From the NCBI GenBank assembly GCA_964441745.1, contig CAYTYR010000018.1:1-35235 (forward strand): a stretch of 35,235 nucleotides of DNA, written 5' to 3'. Both the position numbers and the translations under genes were made by a program. Positions 16,867 to 26,845 of this stretch are shown here, one piece after another. The notes under the pieces were generated by a model. It was not told the DNA's origin, did no database searches, and saw only the letters and a program-made list of their open reading frames with translations. This DNA is from an uncultured Clostridia bacterium. GTDB taxonomy: Bacteria > CAYTYR01 > UBA6262. Each line of letters opens with the position of its first letter. The stretch's first letter is position 1.

Positions 16867-18795
16867 TTGCCACAGTATGATTTAAATTTGAGCGATTATA
16901 TTCGCATCCTGCGTAAAAGAAAATTGATCATTGTCCTCACTACGATCGCCGCTATTTTAGCCAGTTGGTATTATGTCTCGCGTCAAGTCCCCAGTTATAA
17001 AGCCCAAACTACTTTAAAAGTTGAACAACGCAAAACCCTGGCCGGAGTGCTGACCGAATGGGTGGAAGTAAACCCTGCTGATGTCATGGAATCTTCAACT
17101 AAGGATATCAAAGGATATCCGGTGATGAAAAAAGCCGCTCTCCGCCTGGGGATGATCATCTCAGACTCTTCTGAGGAAAGAATCAATGGCGTAGTTACCG
17201 GACTGCAGGATAGTATCACTACCCAAACCATTCCCGCTACCAATATTATCCAGATCACTGCTACGGCGAATGATCCCCAAGGCGCCATGGCCCTGGCCAA
17301 TACGGTGGCACAGGTATATGTGGAAGAAAATCTTTTACAGAAAAAGAAACAAGCCTTAATTACCCGGCAGTTCATTGAAGAACAGTTAAATTCTTTGGAA
17401 GACCGCCTGCATGACGCAGAAGATAAATTAAAAATATTTGAAACTAAAACCGGGAATCTTAAAATGAATTCCCCGATCCAGCGCAAGCTGGTGGACCTGC
17501 AAGTCGAACGCATCGCCTTACTGCAAAGGTATACGAGCAAGCATCCCCAGGTGCAGCAGATCGAAGATCAAATTAAAGAATTAGAAATTCAATTAAAGGG
17601 TTTTTCCCAGCAGGAATTGGACTACGCCCGGCTGAGCCGGGAAGTTGATGTCAACCAACGGCTCTATATGATGCTTAAAGAAAAACTGGAGGAAGCCAGG
17701 ATCAGTGAGGCCCAGAAGGTCGGTGACGTTTCTATTGTCGATCCAGCGGTCAAGCCCATCACGGTCATGAATACTGACCGCCAGTCTGGGCTGTTTTTAG
17801 GAGGCCTGATCGGATTGGTTTTAGGCCTGATCTTAGCTTTCATTTCTGAAAACCTGGATACTTCTATCGGGACCATTGAAGATGTCGAGAATTTTACCAA
17901 ATTGCCGGTCTTTGGGGTTATCCCTTCGGTGAAAAGCGGATTGGGAGAAGAGGAACCATTTTTCAAGAGGTCTTTAGTTTCCTTTTTCTCGGCCAATAAG
18001 AGGCATTTGAGCGAGTATTATATGCGTTTAATAGTCCATCATAAACCAAATTCAGTAATGGCCGAAGCTTACCGCTCCATTCGGACGAATCTTAAACTAA
18101 GCCATTCTTTTAAGACTTTTGTCGTGACCAGCGCCGGACCCCGAGAAGGTAAGTCCACAGTTATTACTAATCTGGGATTAGCTATAGCGCAAACCGGCGC
18201 TAAAACCTTGCTAGTCTCATCTGACCTGAGACGGCCGACGATAGCTAAAAGTTTCGGCTTGAGTGAAGAACCGGGATTGAATGAAGTATTAACTAAAGTT
18301 AAGACCTTGGATGAAGTAATATGCGGCATATCGGATATTATGATGGGAAGTATGCAAATGGACGATATCATGAAGACCCCGGGCATAGAGAATTTAAGCA
18401 TCCTCGCCGCCGGACACATCCCGGCCAGGCCGGCCGAGCTTTTGAACTCCCGGGATATGCAAACCCTGATCAAGGAATTGAGAACCAAGTTTGATTTTGT
18501 GTTATTTGACGCTCCGCCAGTATTACCGATAGCTGATGCGATGCTGCTGGCGCCTAAAGTTGATGGCGTAATTTTGGTTTATGAAGCAGGGAAAACAGTC
18601 CGCAGCGCCCTGCTAAGAACAAAATCCCAGATCGAAGGGGCAGGGGGTAAGATAGTCGGGATTGTCTTAAATCATATTAAACCGGGAAGTGAATTGGCCT
18701 CAAACTATCCCTATTATTATAAATACAAATATGATAAGGTAAAGACGGACAAAAATCTGGCAAATACGCCAGGAATAAAACATGATCAAGGATAA
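16867..18795 (+). CDS. wzc: Polysaccharide co-polymerase / BY-kinase
   Basis: Wzz-like N-terminal TM, coiled coil with YTSKHPQV, second TM, EAYRSIRTN, Walker A PREGKST, DLRRP, DAPP and C-terminal Tyr cluster YPYYYKYKY. Confidence 0.93.
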   Translation: MPQYDLNLSDYIRILRKRKLIIVLTTIAAILASWYYVSRQVPSYKAQTTLKVEQRKTLAGVLTEWVEVNPADVMESSTKDIKGYPVMKKAALRLGMIISDSSEERINGVVTGLQDSITTQTIPATNIIQITATANDPQGAMALANTVAQVYVEENLLQKKKQALITRQFIEEQLNSLEDRLHDAEDKLKIFETKTGNLKMNSPIQRKLVDLQVERIALLQRYTSKHPQVQQIEDQIKELEIQLKGFSQQELDYARLSREVDVNQRLYMMLKEKLEEARISEAQKVGDVSIVDPAVKPITVMNTDRQSGLFLGGLIGLVLGLILAFISENLDTSIGTIEDVENFTKLPVFGVIPSVKSGLGEEEPFFKRSLVSFFSANKRHLSEYYMRLIVHHKPNSVMAEAYRSIRTNLKLSHSFKTFVVTSAGPREGKSTVITNLGLAIAQTGAKTLLVSSDLRRPTIAKSFGLSEEPGLNEVLTKVKTLDEVICGISDIMMGSMQMDDIMKTPGIENLSILAAGHIPARPAELLNSRDMQTLIKELRTKFDFVLFDAPPVLPIADAMLLAPKVDGVILVYEAGKTVRSALLRTKSQIEGAGGKIVGIVLNHIKPGSELASNYPYYYKYKYDKVKTDKNLANTPGIKHDQG

Positions 18796-20302
18796 TTTAC
18801 TGGCTGCAAAAAATGGGCAGGTGCCCCTGACCGGCATAATTTATATCTTGTTCCTGCTTCTTTTCTTAATTATCGCCGTTTATGTTTACAAACTCCCTCC
18901 TTATTTACCCTTACTGCTGATAGTTTCCTTAGGCGTCTTTCTGGTAGCTTTACTGCAACCGGATTTTGCCCTCGTGATCCTGATCTTGTCCATGTTGCTG
19001 TCACCGGAATTTTATATGGGGGCGATAACCGGCCGCACCGTGACCTTCAGGTTTGATGATGCTTTAATTTTTGTCATTTTCTTCGGCTGGCTGGCCCGGG
19101 TGGCCATTCATAAAGAGATCAACCTTTTGCGGCCAACTCCCCTTAATACACCGATAATATTATATATCACCGTGAGTATCGTCGCCTCATTAATTGGCGC
19201 CTTGGAAGGGAATGTCAGGCTCCAGCAAAGTTTCTTCTATATTACCAAGTATGTGGAATATTATGTGCTTTTTTTTATGGTGGCTAATAATCTACGGTCA
19301 GTCAAGCAAGCCAAAGTATTTACCGTGGTCCTCTTGTTGACTTGTCTGATCGTTTGTGTTTACGCCATGATGCATGTGAATAGCATGGCGCGGATCTCCG
19401 CTCCTTTTGAAGGCAAAGAAGGAGAGGCTAATACCCTGGCCGGGTACTTGTTACTGATGTTGAGCATTACTCTGGGTTTGTTCTTATACGAAGCTTCTTT
19501 AAAATGGCAATTGATCTTATTGGGGATCACGGCCCTGATCATACCGACTTTCCTTTTTACTCTTTCCCGGGGTTCCTGGATCGCTTTTTTCCCCATGGCC
19601 TTTACTTTAGTGATCTTAACCAAGAGAGGCAAGGGTATAATCTTACTGGCGTTACTCTCTATCTTTATGCTCCTGCCGCTATTGTCGCCGCAGAAGGCCC
19701 GTGATCGCGTTGTCCAGACAATGGTCAGTAATTTGTCGACGACAAAAGAATATACCTTTCTGGGGAAAAAATACACGCTTAATCAGGATATGATCAACAG
19801 GATTCGCCTGCGTGTGGCCCAGACCTTTGAGAAAAATGTTCCTGGATCAAAAGAGTATGGCCTGATGGGAAGAAAGTTTACTCTGGACCAATCTGCCGTC
19901 AGCCGGGTGGAGAGCTGGACTTATGCTTTTAATAAATGGCTTAAGCGGCCATTCCTGGGATATGGTGTCCCGGCTGGTTCTGTGGTGGATAACCAATATG
20001 CCAGGGTCATCAGGGAAGTGGGCATAATCGGGTTTAGTATCTATATGTGGATGATGGTCCGCATCTTTAGGACCGGCCGGCAAAGTTTTAATTTAACCAA
20101 AGGGAATAATTTTGCGCAAGGCCTGAGCCTGGGATTTTTAGCCGGGTTTGTTGGCCTGCTCTTCCAGTCTTTCTCGGTAGAAACATTTATCCTGATCAGG
20201 ATCATGGAGCCTTTTTGGTTTCTAGCTGCCTTGGTCATGATCCTGCCGGAACTGGTAAGTTTGCCCCAAACATCTCCTGACTCGATACAAGGCCAGGTTT
20301 AA
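18782..20302 (+). CDS. O-antigen ligase/polymerase (Wzy_C) family protein
   Basis: Multi-TM protein with EANTLAGY, TLSRGSW, R..SW..A, PFLGYG and DNQY.R...EVGIIG. Confidence 0.88.
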   Translation: MIKDNLLAAKNGQVPLTGIIYILFLLLFLIIAVYVYKLPPYLPLLLIVSLGVFLVALLQPDFALVILILSMLLSPEFYMGAITGRTVTFRFDDALIFVIFFGWLARVAIHKEINLLRPTPLNTPIILYITVSIVASLIGALEGNVRLQQSFFYITKYVEYYVLFFMVANNLRSVKQAKVFTVVLLLTCLIVCVYAMMHVNSMARISAPFEGKEGEANTLAGYLLLMLSITLGLFLYEASLKWQLILLGITALIIPTFLFTLSRGSWIAFFPMAFTLVILTKRGKGIILLALLSIFMLLPLLSPQKARDRVVQTMVSNLSTTKEYTFLGKKYTLNQDMINRIRLRVAQTFEKNVPGSKEYGLMGRKFTLDQSAVSRVESWTYAFNKWLKRPFLGYGVPAGSVVDNQYARVIREVGIIGFSIYMWMMVRIFRTGRQSFNLTKGNNFAQGLSLGFLAGFVGLLFQSFSVETFILIRIMEPFWFLAALVMILPELVSLPQTSPDSIQGQV

Positions 20303-21475
20303 ATGATTAGACACCTAAAGAAAACATTGATCAAAGCAGCAGCTATGATCTTGTCGGTTTGCCTCTTCTTATATCGAAAGTTCAGGCCTATCCCTCCCCG
20401 AATTTATTTTTGTTATAACCAATCTATTCATCAGATCTACCATTCTCTCTTCGTGGCTATTGAGCTTTCCAACCTCCAAGCTGAATATGAAGTGGCTGTA
20501 CTGAGTACTAGCGCAGAGGCCACTAAGATCATAGAAACTGAATTGGCTGTCATCCCTAACCGTATTAAATTCATTATCATAAACCATCCCGGTTATCGCA
20601 GTGCAGATTTTAACGTGAACTGGTTCGTTCTTTTGTGCCGCCTGCGCATGCACCGGCCGAAAGCGGTAGTGGTCACTGATTTTTATGATAATGTATTCCG
20701 GCAGTTAGGAATTAAGACTTTTTGGGCCTATTTGCCGCATGGCTTTGTCAACCGCAAATTTGGCGATGACCCGCATTTACATGATTATGACCTGGTGTTA
20801 TTACCGGGGGAGAAGGAACAGCGGGAATTAGAAGAGAGAATTGGGCCGCTTAAAAACGCGGTTGTTGCCGGCTATGCCAAACTGGATTATTTTCGCTACC
20901 ACCCGGCGCAGGCAACAGGTCTATTCAGGGAGACCAAGCCGGTAGTAATATACAACCCTCATTTTGATCCAAACGTAACCTCTTTTTTTGACCAGGGCCG
21001 GGAATTGCTTGAATCCTTATCTGCCAGCGGGAAATATAATGTTATTTTTATGCCTCATCCTGACCTGGCCAGGAGAGTCCAGCCGCTATTGGCGGAATTG
21101 GCTAAATTGCCTAATATCGCCATAGCTGAAAGGTCAAAGATCAACCTGGATTATATGGCCGCGGCGGATATTTATCTTACTGATGTCAGCAGCAGCGTCT
21201 TTGAATGGCTCTATTTTAATAAGCCGGTCCTGTTCTTTAATACCAAGAAGATCGTTTGGCAGCATAACCGTTATTATTTAAGCTGGGTTTTGGGAGAGGT
21301 AGTGGAAACTGTCCCCAGTATGCTGGAGGGGATTGACCAGGCGCTAAAAGGGCCGGATAATTTTCACCAACAGCGGGAAGACATGTTTAGTAAGATATTT
21401 GCCAATCAGGATAAGAATATTTCCAAATTGATGGCGGAAATAATATGGGACAGGCTGAGGAAACCTAATGCTTAA
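20303..21475 (+). CDS. CDP-glycerol glycerophosphotransferase (TagB/TagF-like) family protein
   Basis: LPHG, GYAKLD, YNPHF, MPHP and ADIYLTDVSSSVFEWLYFNKPV. Confidence 0.78.
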   Translation: MIRHLKKTLIKAAAMILSVCLFLYRKFRPIPPRIYFCYNQSIHQIYHSLFVAIELSNLQAEYEVAVLSTSAEATKIIETELAVIPNRIKFIIINHPGYRSADFNVNWFVLLCRLRMHRPKAVVVTDFYDNVFRQLGIKTFWAYLPHGFVNRKFGDDPHLHDYDLVLLPGEKEQRELEERIGPLKNAVVAGYAKLDYFRYHPAQATGLFRETKPVVIYNPHFDPNVTSFFDQGRELLESLSASGKYNVIFMPHPDLARRVQPLLAELAKLPNIAIAERSKINLDYMAAADIYLTDVSSSVFEWLYFNKPVLFFNTKKIVWQHNRYYLSWVLGEVVETVPSMLEGIDQALKGPDNFHQQREDMFSKIFANQDKNISKLMAEIIWDRLRKPNA

Positions 21476-22475
21476 GCGCCGGAAGATCATTAAGCAACTG
21501 GTATTGGGGCTGGGCTACTATTCAGGGCTCCTTGAGCTTCTGCGGCAAAGAAACAGCCAAAGAGGAAGAGTACCGATTCTGGTTTACCACCGGATCTTGC
21601 TGGCGCCGGAAACAAGCCAGGTATATTCTGCGTTCACTCTCAGGGGCCTGACGGTTAGCGCGGCAAATTTCGAACGGCAAATTAATTTTTTACGCCGAAA
21701 ATACCAGCTACTAAGCCTGGCTGAATATGTACAGCGTAAAAATGCCGGGACCAGTCTGAGGAATTGCGCGGTCATCACTTTCGACGACGGGTTCAAGGAT
21801 TTTATCAGCCTGGCTTGGCCGGTATTAAAAAAGTATGGAGTCCCGGCCATAATTTTTTTCCCCGCGGGATTCCTGACAGCGGTTCACTGGCAGCACCAAT
21901 TGTATGCTATCCTGGATGAAGCCAAGACGGCAAAAGCCGAAGTCAAAGCGGGACAGGAAATAGTGCCGGTTGATCTGGGCAATAACCAGGAAAAATACCT
22001 TACTATCAGGAGATTGATCACGGCTATCGGTAACCTGGGGCCCGCGCAGCGGCAGGAAACGATCAGCCGTCTCAGTGATATTTTAAAAATAAATAAAAAG
22101 CCGACCCCGGTTGAATTGTATCTCGCTAAAGAAGACCTACTGAAGCTGATAAGGGAAGGGGTGGCTTTAGGGGCGCACTCTGTTTCGCATGAACATTTGG
22201 AAAAATTATCGCCTCAACAATTGAATGAGGAAATAACCCGGGCGATGGAATTTGTCAAAGAGCTGGCCGGTGAGGGCCCAGTCGCTTTCGCTTTGCCTTT
22301 CAGCACCGGAAATGAGGAAGTTTATAAGCGGCTGGCGGCACAGGGTTGCCTGTGTTGTTTTAGCCCTGGATCAGGGTTGAATACCGGTACGGAAGATATG
22401 CTGCACCTGAAAAGGATAGCGGGGCTGGACGTTAATTTACCTGAGTTTATTTACGATATTACAACCCGGAATTAG
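21468..22475 (+). CDS. Polysaccharide deacetylase (CE4/NodB)
   Basis: ILVYHRI, ITFDDG, GAHSVSH and LKRI. Confidence 0.92.
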   Translation: MLKRRKIIKQLVLGLGYYSGLLELLRQRNSQRGRVPILVYHRILLAPETSQVYSAFTLRGLTVSAANFERQINFLRRKYQLLSLAEYVQRKNAGTSLRNCAVITFDDGFKDFISLAWPVLKKYGVPAIIFFPAGFLTAVHWQHQLYAILDEAKTAKAEVKAGQEIVPVDLGNNQEKYLTIRRLITAIGNLGPAQRQETISRLSDILKINKKPTPVELYLAKEDLLKLIREGVALGAHSVSHEHLEKLSPQQLNEEITRAMEFVKELAGEGPVAFALPFSTGNEEVYKRLAAQGCLCCFSPGSGLNTGTEDMLHLKRIAGLDVNLPEFIYDITTRN

Positions 22476-22626
22476 CAATAGGATTTGAAATTCGACTAAA
22501 AATCGCTGTGTCTTTCCGTCTAAAAAACTGCTTACATACTGCAGCGAGTATGCGCGCACTTTTTTAGACGAATATACTGTGCGCTTTTTCGTCTCGGTTT
22601 TTTAAACCTATTGCAAAATCCGGGTT
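22463..22626. mobile_element. 164-bp palindromic MITE-like element
   Basis: Terminal inverted repeats AACCCGGAATTAGCAATAGG / CCTATTGCAAAATCCGGGTT (18/20). Inner CGTCTAAAAAA/TTTTTTAGACG and apical CATACT/AGTATG. The palindrome is directly visible; mobility is inferred. Confidence 0.6.
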
Positions 22627-22638
22627 CAAGAGGGTAGA

Positions 22639-24114
22639 ATGAACGATTTCCGGGAGATCAGAAAAAATGTTACCCAGGGTTTAAAATGGGTCTCTGCTGG
22701 CCAGGGATTAAATTACCTGATCCAATTCCTGCTGTGGGCGATCTTAGCCAGGCTGTTGCCGCCTACTAGTTTCGGGGCCCTGAGCGTAGCCATGGTGGCC
22801 GCTAACCTGGTCACAGTTTTTAACGAATTAGGAATGAGCACGGCCATAGTCCAACGGCAGGAACTGGAACCACGGCATTTGAATGCAGCTTTTTTGATCT
22901 GCATTGCCATTGGTTTTTCCTTTGTGGCCATAGCGGCGGTAGCTTCACCTTTCATTGCCGCGTATTTTAAAAATCCTACTATCACCTCCCTGGTGATGAT
23001 ATTAGCGGGCAAATACCTGGTCGACTCTTTTGGTATTATTCATGAAGCAACCTTGAGAAGGGAATTGTCTTTCCGTAATCTATCAATTATCGATATCTGG
23101 TCCAACCTGGTTTATAGCGGTGTAACTTTAACCCTGGCTGTATCCGGCCTGGGTATAGTTTCAGTTGGCTGGGGCTACCTGGCCAGCAGCCTGGTCCGGG
23201 TATCACAGCTCTGGGCAAAAAGCTCGTTCCGGCCAAATTTTACTTTTGATAAAACCGGATTTAAGGATCTATTCCATTATGGCCGCAATATTATGGGTTA
23301 TAAGTTCATTAATTATTTTACCGGTAACCTTGATGTGGTCCTGGTAGGAAAATTTTTAGGCACTTCTGCCCTGGGCTTCTATTCACTGGCTCTGGCGCTG
23401 GCCAATTTTCCCCGGGTAAAGCTTTCCCAGTTAGTTTCCAATATTGCTTTCCCGGCATTTTCACGGATGCAAGCAGATTTTGAACAGGTCCGCCAGGGAT
23501 ATCTTAAGATCATTCGTTATATGGCGGTGATAAATTTCCCGTTACTGGTCGGCTTAATGCTGTTGGCTCCGCAGTTTGTGTTACTGGTTTATTCCAGCAA
23601 ATGGCTGCCGCTAGTCCTGCCTTTACGGATCTTATGTGTCTACGGTATTTGTTTCGCTTTAACAACTTTTATCGGGACCGTCTTCGAATCAGTCGGGCGG
23701 CCGGATTATTCACTGAAGTATTGCCTGATCAGCCTGGGCAGTGTAGCTATTGCTATCATGAGTGGCGTAAAGCAGGGATTGGTAGGGATCGCGGTGGCTT
23801 TAGCCGTCTATGCTATTGCGATGAACATTATCGGACACTTAATGGTAAAAAGAGTAATTCAACTGCCATTTCGCCACTATCTTAAAGCTTTAGTCCCCGC
23901 CACCATATCTTCCGTTATTATGGCCGCAGGTCTTTTAGTATTGATTTGGCTCCAGCATAACCTTATCCCTCTACCTAATTTGTGGTTTGTGCTACAATCG
24001 CTCTTAGCCGGGATATTATTTTATGCTGGCGGTTTATTCTTATTCAGCCGGCAAACTTTTAAAGAAATGCAGGAATTAAGCAGGGAGTTAATTAAGACCC
24101 GGGAAGGTGTTTAA
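22639..24114 (+). CDS. wzx: Polysaccharide flippase (PST/MOP family)
   Basis: LARLLPP..FG, ELG...AIVQ, L.RELSF, D...VGKFLG...LGFY and PAFSRMQ, with about 12-14 TM segments. Confidence 0.92.
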   Translation: MNDFREIRKNVTQGLKWVSAGQGLNYLIQFLLWAILARLLPPTSFGALSVAMVAANLVTVFNELGMSTAIVQRQELEPRHLNAAFLICIAIGFSFVAIAAVASPFIAAYFKNPTITSLVMILAGKYLVDSFGIIHEATLRRELSFRNLSIIDIWSNLVYSGVTLTLAVSGLGIVSVGWGYLASSLVRVSQLWAKSSFRPNFTFDKTGFKDLFHYGRNIMGYKFINYFTGNLDVVLVGKFLGTSALGFYSLALALANFPRVKLSQLVSNIAFPAFSRMQADFEQVRQGYLKIIRYMAVINFPLLVGLMLLAPQFVLLVYSSKWLPLVLPLRILCVYGICFALTTFIGTVFESVGRPDYSLKYCLISLGSVAIAIMSGVKQGLVGIAVALAVYAIAMNIIGHLMVKRVIQLPFRHYLKALVPATISSVIMAAGLLVLIWLQHNLIPLPNLWFVLQSLLAGILFYAGGLFLFSRQTFKEMQELSRELIKTREGV

Positions 24115-24789
24115 ATGACCCCAGGAATATTGACCAAAATCTATCGGATGACGATCGAGGCTATTAAACGACTTGACCAATTGACCGGTTATCGGATAGG
24201 CAATCTGGCCAGGAGATTAACTAATGTAAATACGCCCGGATACTGGGACCGCTATCTAAATGCACGAGGTGATTTCTGGCGTGATTTCCCTTATCAATTC
24301 TTGCTGGAGGAGTTGCCCAAAGGCGAGCCGTTTTCATTATTGGATATTGGCTGTGCTTTAGGCGATGGCTGCCGGCTGCTAAAAAAACACTTCCCCCAGG
24401 CCGAGATCGTTGGCGCTGACCTGAGCCAGATAGGTATTGAAAAAGCGCGCTCCAAGAGCCGGGATATTGAATATTTTACTTTTGACCTGAACAAGCAGGA
24501 AATCCTTAAAAAATATGATTATCTTACCCTGATCCATATCCTGGAACATTTTGATGACCCTTATCCCATTATAGATAAATGCCTTAAAGCAGTTAATCAA
24601 GCAGTCTATATCAGCACACCTTATGGTGGGGAATTTACCAATCCCAGATTATATTGGAAAGGGGAACACCGGTATTTATTTAATGAGCATACTTTTGTTA
24701 ACTATGACTGCAAAGTCCTAAAAGTTACGGAACGGATAGAAGTGGTAGGAACAAAATACATTTTATATAAGATCGTCCCGCAGAGGTAA
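24115..24789 (+). CDS. Class I SAM-dependent methyltransferase
   Basis: LLDIGCALG, GADLS and HILEH. Confidence 0.88.
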   Translation: MTPGILTKIYRMTIEAIKRLDQLTGYRIGNLARRLTNVNTPGYWDRYLNARGDFWRDFPYQFLLEELPKGEPFSLLDIGCALGDGCRLLKKHFPQAEIVGADLSQIGIEKARSKSRDIEYFTFDLNKQEILKKYDYLTLIHILEHFDDPYPIIDKCLKAVNQAVYISTPYGGEFTNPRLYWKGEHRYLFNEHTFVNYDCKVLKVTERIEVVGTKYILYKIVPQR

Positions 24790-24793
24790 GTGA

Positions 24794-25591
24794 TTGATAA
24801 AAATAATAAAGAGACTCATTAGGGAAAACCTCATTCCATATACGAGTTGGCTGCCGCGTTATTATAGTTTTTTTAAATTTGCGCAAATAGCTCCGGATGC
24901 GGAAATATTGGATATCGGTTGCGGCGAAGGGTATGTTTCCATAAAACTGGCAGAAAAGTGTAAAAAAGTCGTGGGGTTGGATATCCTGCCCAGGGACTTG
25001 AAACTGGCTGAAGATAAAAAAACCCGCAGCCGGTACAAAGAAAAAATAACTTTTATGTCCGGCGATGTTTTAAATTTGCCATTTCCCGACAACAGTTTTG
25101 ACCTGGTCTGCCTGTTGGATGTCCTGCCGCATATCAAGCAAGACCGGGAAGCTTTGGCTGAAATAGGCCGGGTGCTTAGGCCGTCAGGACGTTTGGTGAT
25201 GACCACTCCCTGGCAGTATCCATGTGCCGCGGGCTTGTTTAAGGGGCAAACAATGATCCGGAAGATTATTCCCAGGATGCTTTATAGCGATTATCACCAA
25301 CCGGGATTAAAATGGCTGCAGATGGATAATGAGGCGGGCAAGAAGCTGCTCAATGCCTATCACCTGTACGATAGCCAGCAGTTAGCAGAGATCATGCCGC
25401 CTGATTTAAAAATATCCCGGCATGATTATTTTCTCAATAAATACTCGGCTTTAGCCACTGATCTCACTTATGGAGTAAAAGGATTTTGGAGTATCCGTTC
25501 GTTGTTTTTCTGGCTGGCGATGCGGTTAGATACACATTTCAGCAAAAATGAGCCAGGATACTCAATCATCGCGGAATTTGTAAAATTATAG
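24794..25591 (+). CDS. Class I SAM-dependent methyltransferase
   Basis: ILDIGCGEG, LPFPDNSFD and RVLRPSG. Confidence 0.9.
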   Translation: MIKIIKRLIRENLIPYTSWLPRYYSFFKFAQIAPDAEILDIGCGEGYVSIKLAEKCKKVVGLDILPRDLKLAEDKKTRSRYKEKITFMSGDVLNLPFPDNSFDLVCLLDVLPHIKQDREALAEIGRVLRPSGRLVMTTPWQYPCAAGLFKGQTMIRKIIPRMLYSDYHQPGLKWLQMDNEAGKKLLNAYHLYDSQQLAEIMPPDLKISRHDYFLNKYSALATDLTYGVKGFWSIRSLFFWLAMRLDTHFSKNEPGYSIIAEFVKL

Positions 25592-25606
25592 ACAGGATTA
25601 ATTACT

Positions 25607-26845
25607 ATGCGGATCATCAGTCTTTCCTATCTGGATATCTGGCCGGCAGGAGAGGGTAAGGGGATACCTTCTATTTATGCCTCGCAAAAAGCCCTGGTTG
25701 ACCGCGGGCACGAGGTCCATTTTATCTGTCCGTCCAGAAGTAAGGACACGGAATGTACGGATTATCAGGGTATCCATCTTTATCGTATTCGCCTGCCGTT
25801 CAATGTCAGCGCTAAATTGTTTGCCGGGTATATCCGCACTGACCGGTTTTTCAGCCGGATACAGGCTACGCTGCTCTATAATTTAACCTGGCTGTTTTTC
25901 CTGATCTATGGTTTTGGTTGGGCCATGAAAATAGCGCGCCGATCCAAACCGCAGCTTATTTATTGCCATGACCTGTCTCCGGCGCCTGCGGCCTGGCTGC
26001 TCAGCCGCATCTATGCGGCTAAGTTCATCCTGCGGATTTATGGTACGAGGGACCTGTACTGGCGGTACCAGCGTTTTTGGAGCAGGCTGAAAGAAGTTCG
26101 TGATTTCCTGGCGTTTAAACTTCCTGCAGATCACCTGATCATCACCAAGGATGGGACCAAGGCAGATGTCCTGGCCCGGCAATTGGGAGTCAAAGAAGAA
26201 AAGATCAGTCACTGGCGCAACGGAGTGGATTTTGGTTTTTATCTGCCCGATCCGGAAATAAGAAATAAAATACGGGCCAAGCTCGGATTACAACAGGATT
26301 GGAAAATCATTATCTCTACCTCGCGACTTTACTATTTTTACAATACAGATATGTTAGTCTACCAGCTGCCGGAATTATTACGGCAGAATTCCCGGTGCGC
26401 GTGTATCATCGCCCATAGCGGGCCAGACCAGGAGAAGTTGCAGGATTATGTGCGCAGCCAAAAAATAGCCGACCGGGTCATCTTCACTGGCACGGTCGAA
26501 AAAGCAGATGTGCGGGAGTTGGTCCAGGCCAGCGATATATATATTAATATCAGCCAATACAGCAACTGCAATAATTCTCTCTTTGAGGCAATGGTAGCCG
26601 GTAAAGCGATAGTGGCTACGGAAAATGAAGAGATCAAAGAACTGATCACTTCAGGGGAAAACGGCTATTTGCTCAAAGAAGAAGAATTAGATGATTTGCC
26701 GGAAATATTGAGCCGGCTCCTGCGGGATGAGCAAACCTTGTTAAAATATCAGGGCAATATCAGAAAAACTGCCCGGGAAAAATTATGGACCTGGGAACAG
26801 CGGATGAAGGAAGAAATAAAGTTGCTGGAAGGGATAGTGCAATAA
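25607..26845 (+). CDS. Glycosyltransferase family 4
   Basis: RGHEVHFI, NGVD, VIFTG and ASDIY...EAMVAGKAIV. Confidence 0.9.
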   Translation: MRIISLSYLDIWPAGEGKGIPSIYASQKALVDRGHEVHFICPSRSKDTECTDYQGIHLYRIRLPFNVSAKLFAGYIRTDRFFSRIQATLLYNLTWLFFLIYGFGWAMKIARRSKPQLIYCHDLSPAPAAWLLSRIYAAKFILRIYGTRDLYWRYQRFWSRLKEVRDFLAFKLPADHLIITKDGTKADVLARQLGVKEEKISHWRNGVDFGFYLPDPEIRNKIRAKLGLQQDWKIIISTSRLYYFYNTDMLVYQLPELLRQNSRCACIIAHSGPDQEKLQDYVRSQKIADRVIFTGTVEKADVRELVQASDIYINISQYSNCNNSLFEAMVAGKAIVATENEEIKELITSGENGYLLKEEELDDLPEILSRLLRDEQTLLKYQGNIRKTAREKLWTWEQRMKEEIKLLEGIVQ

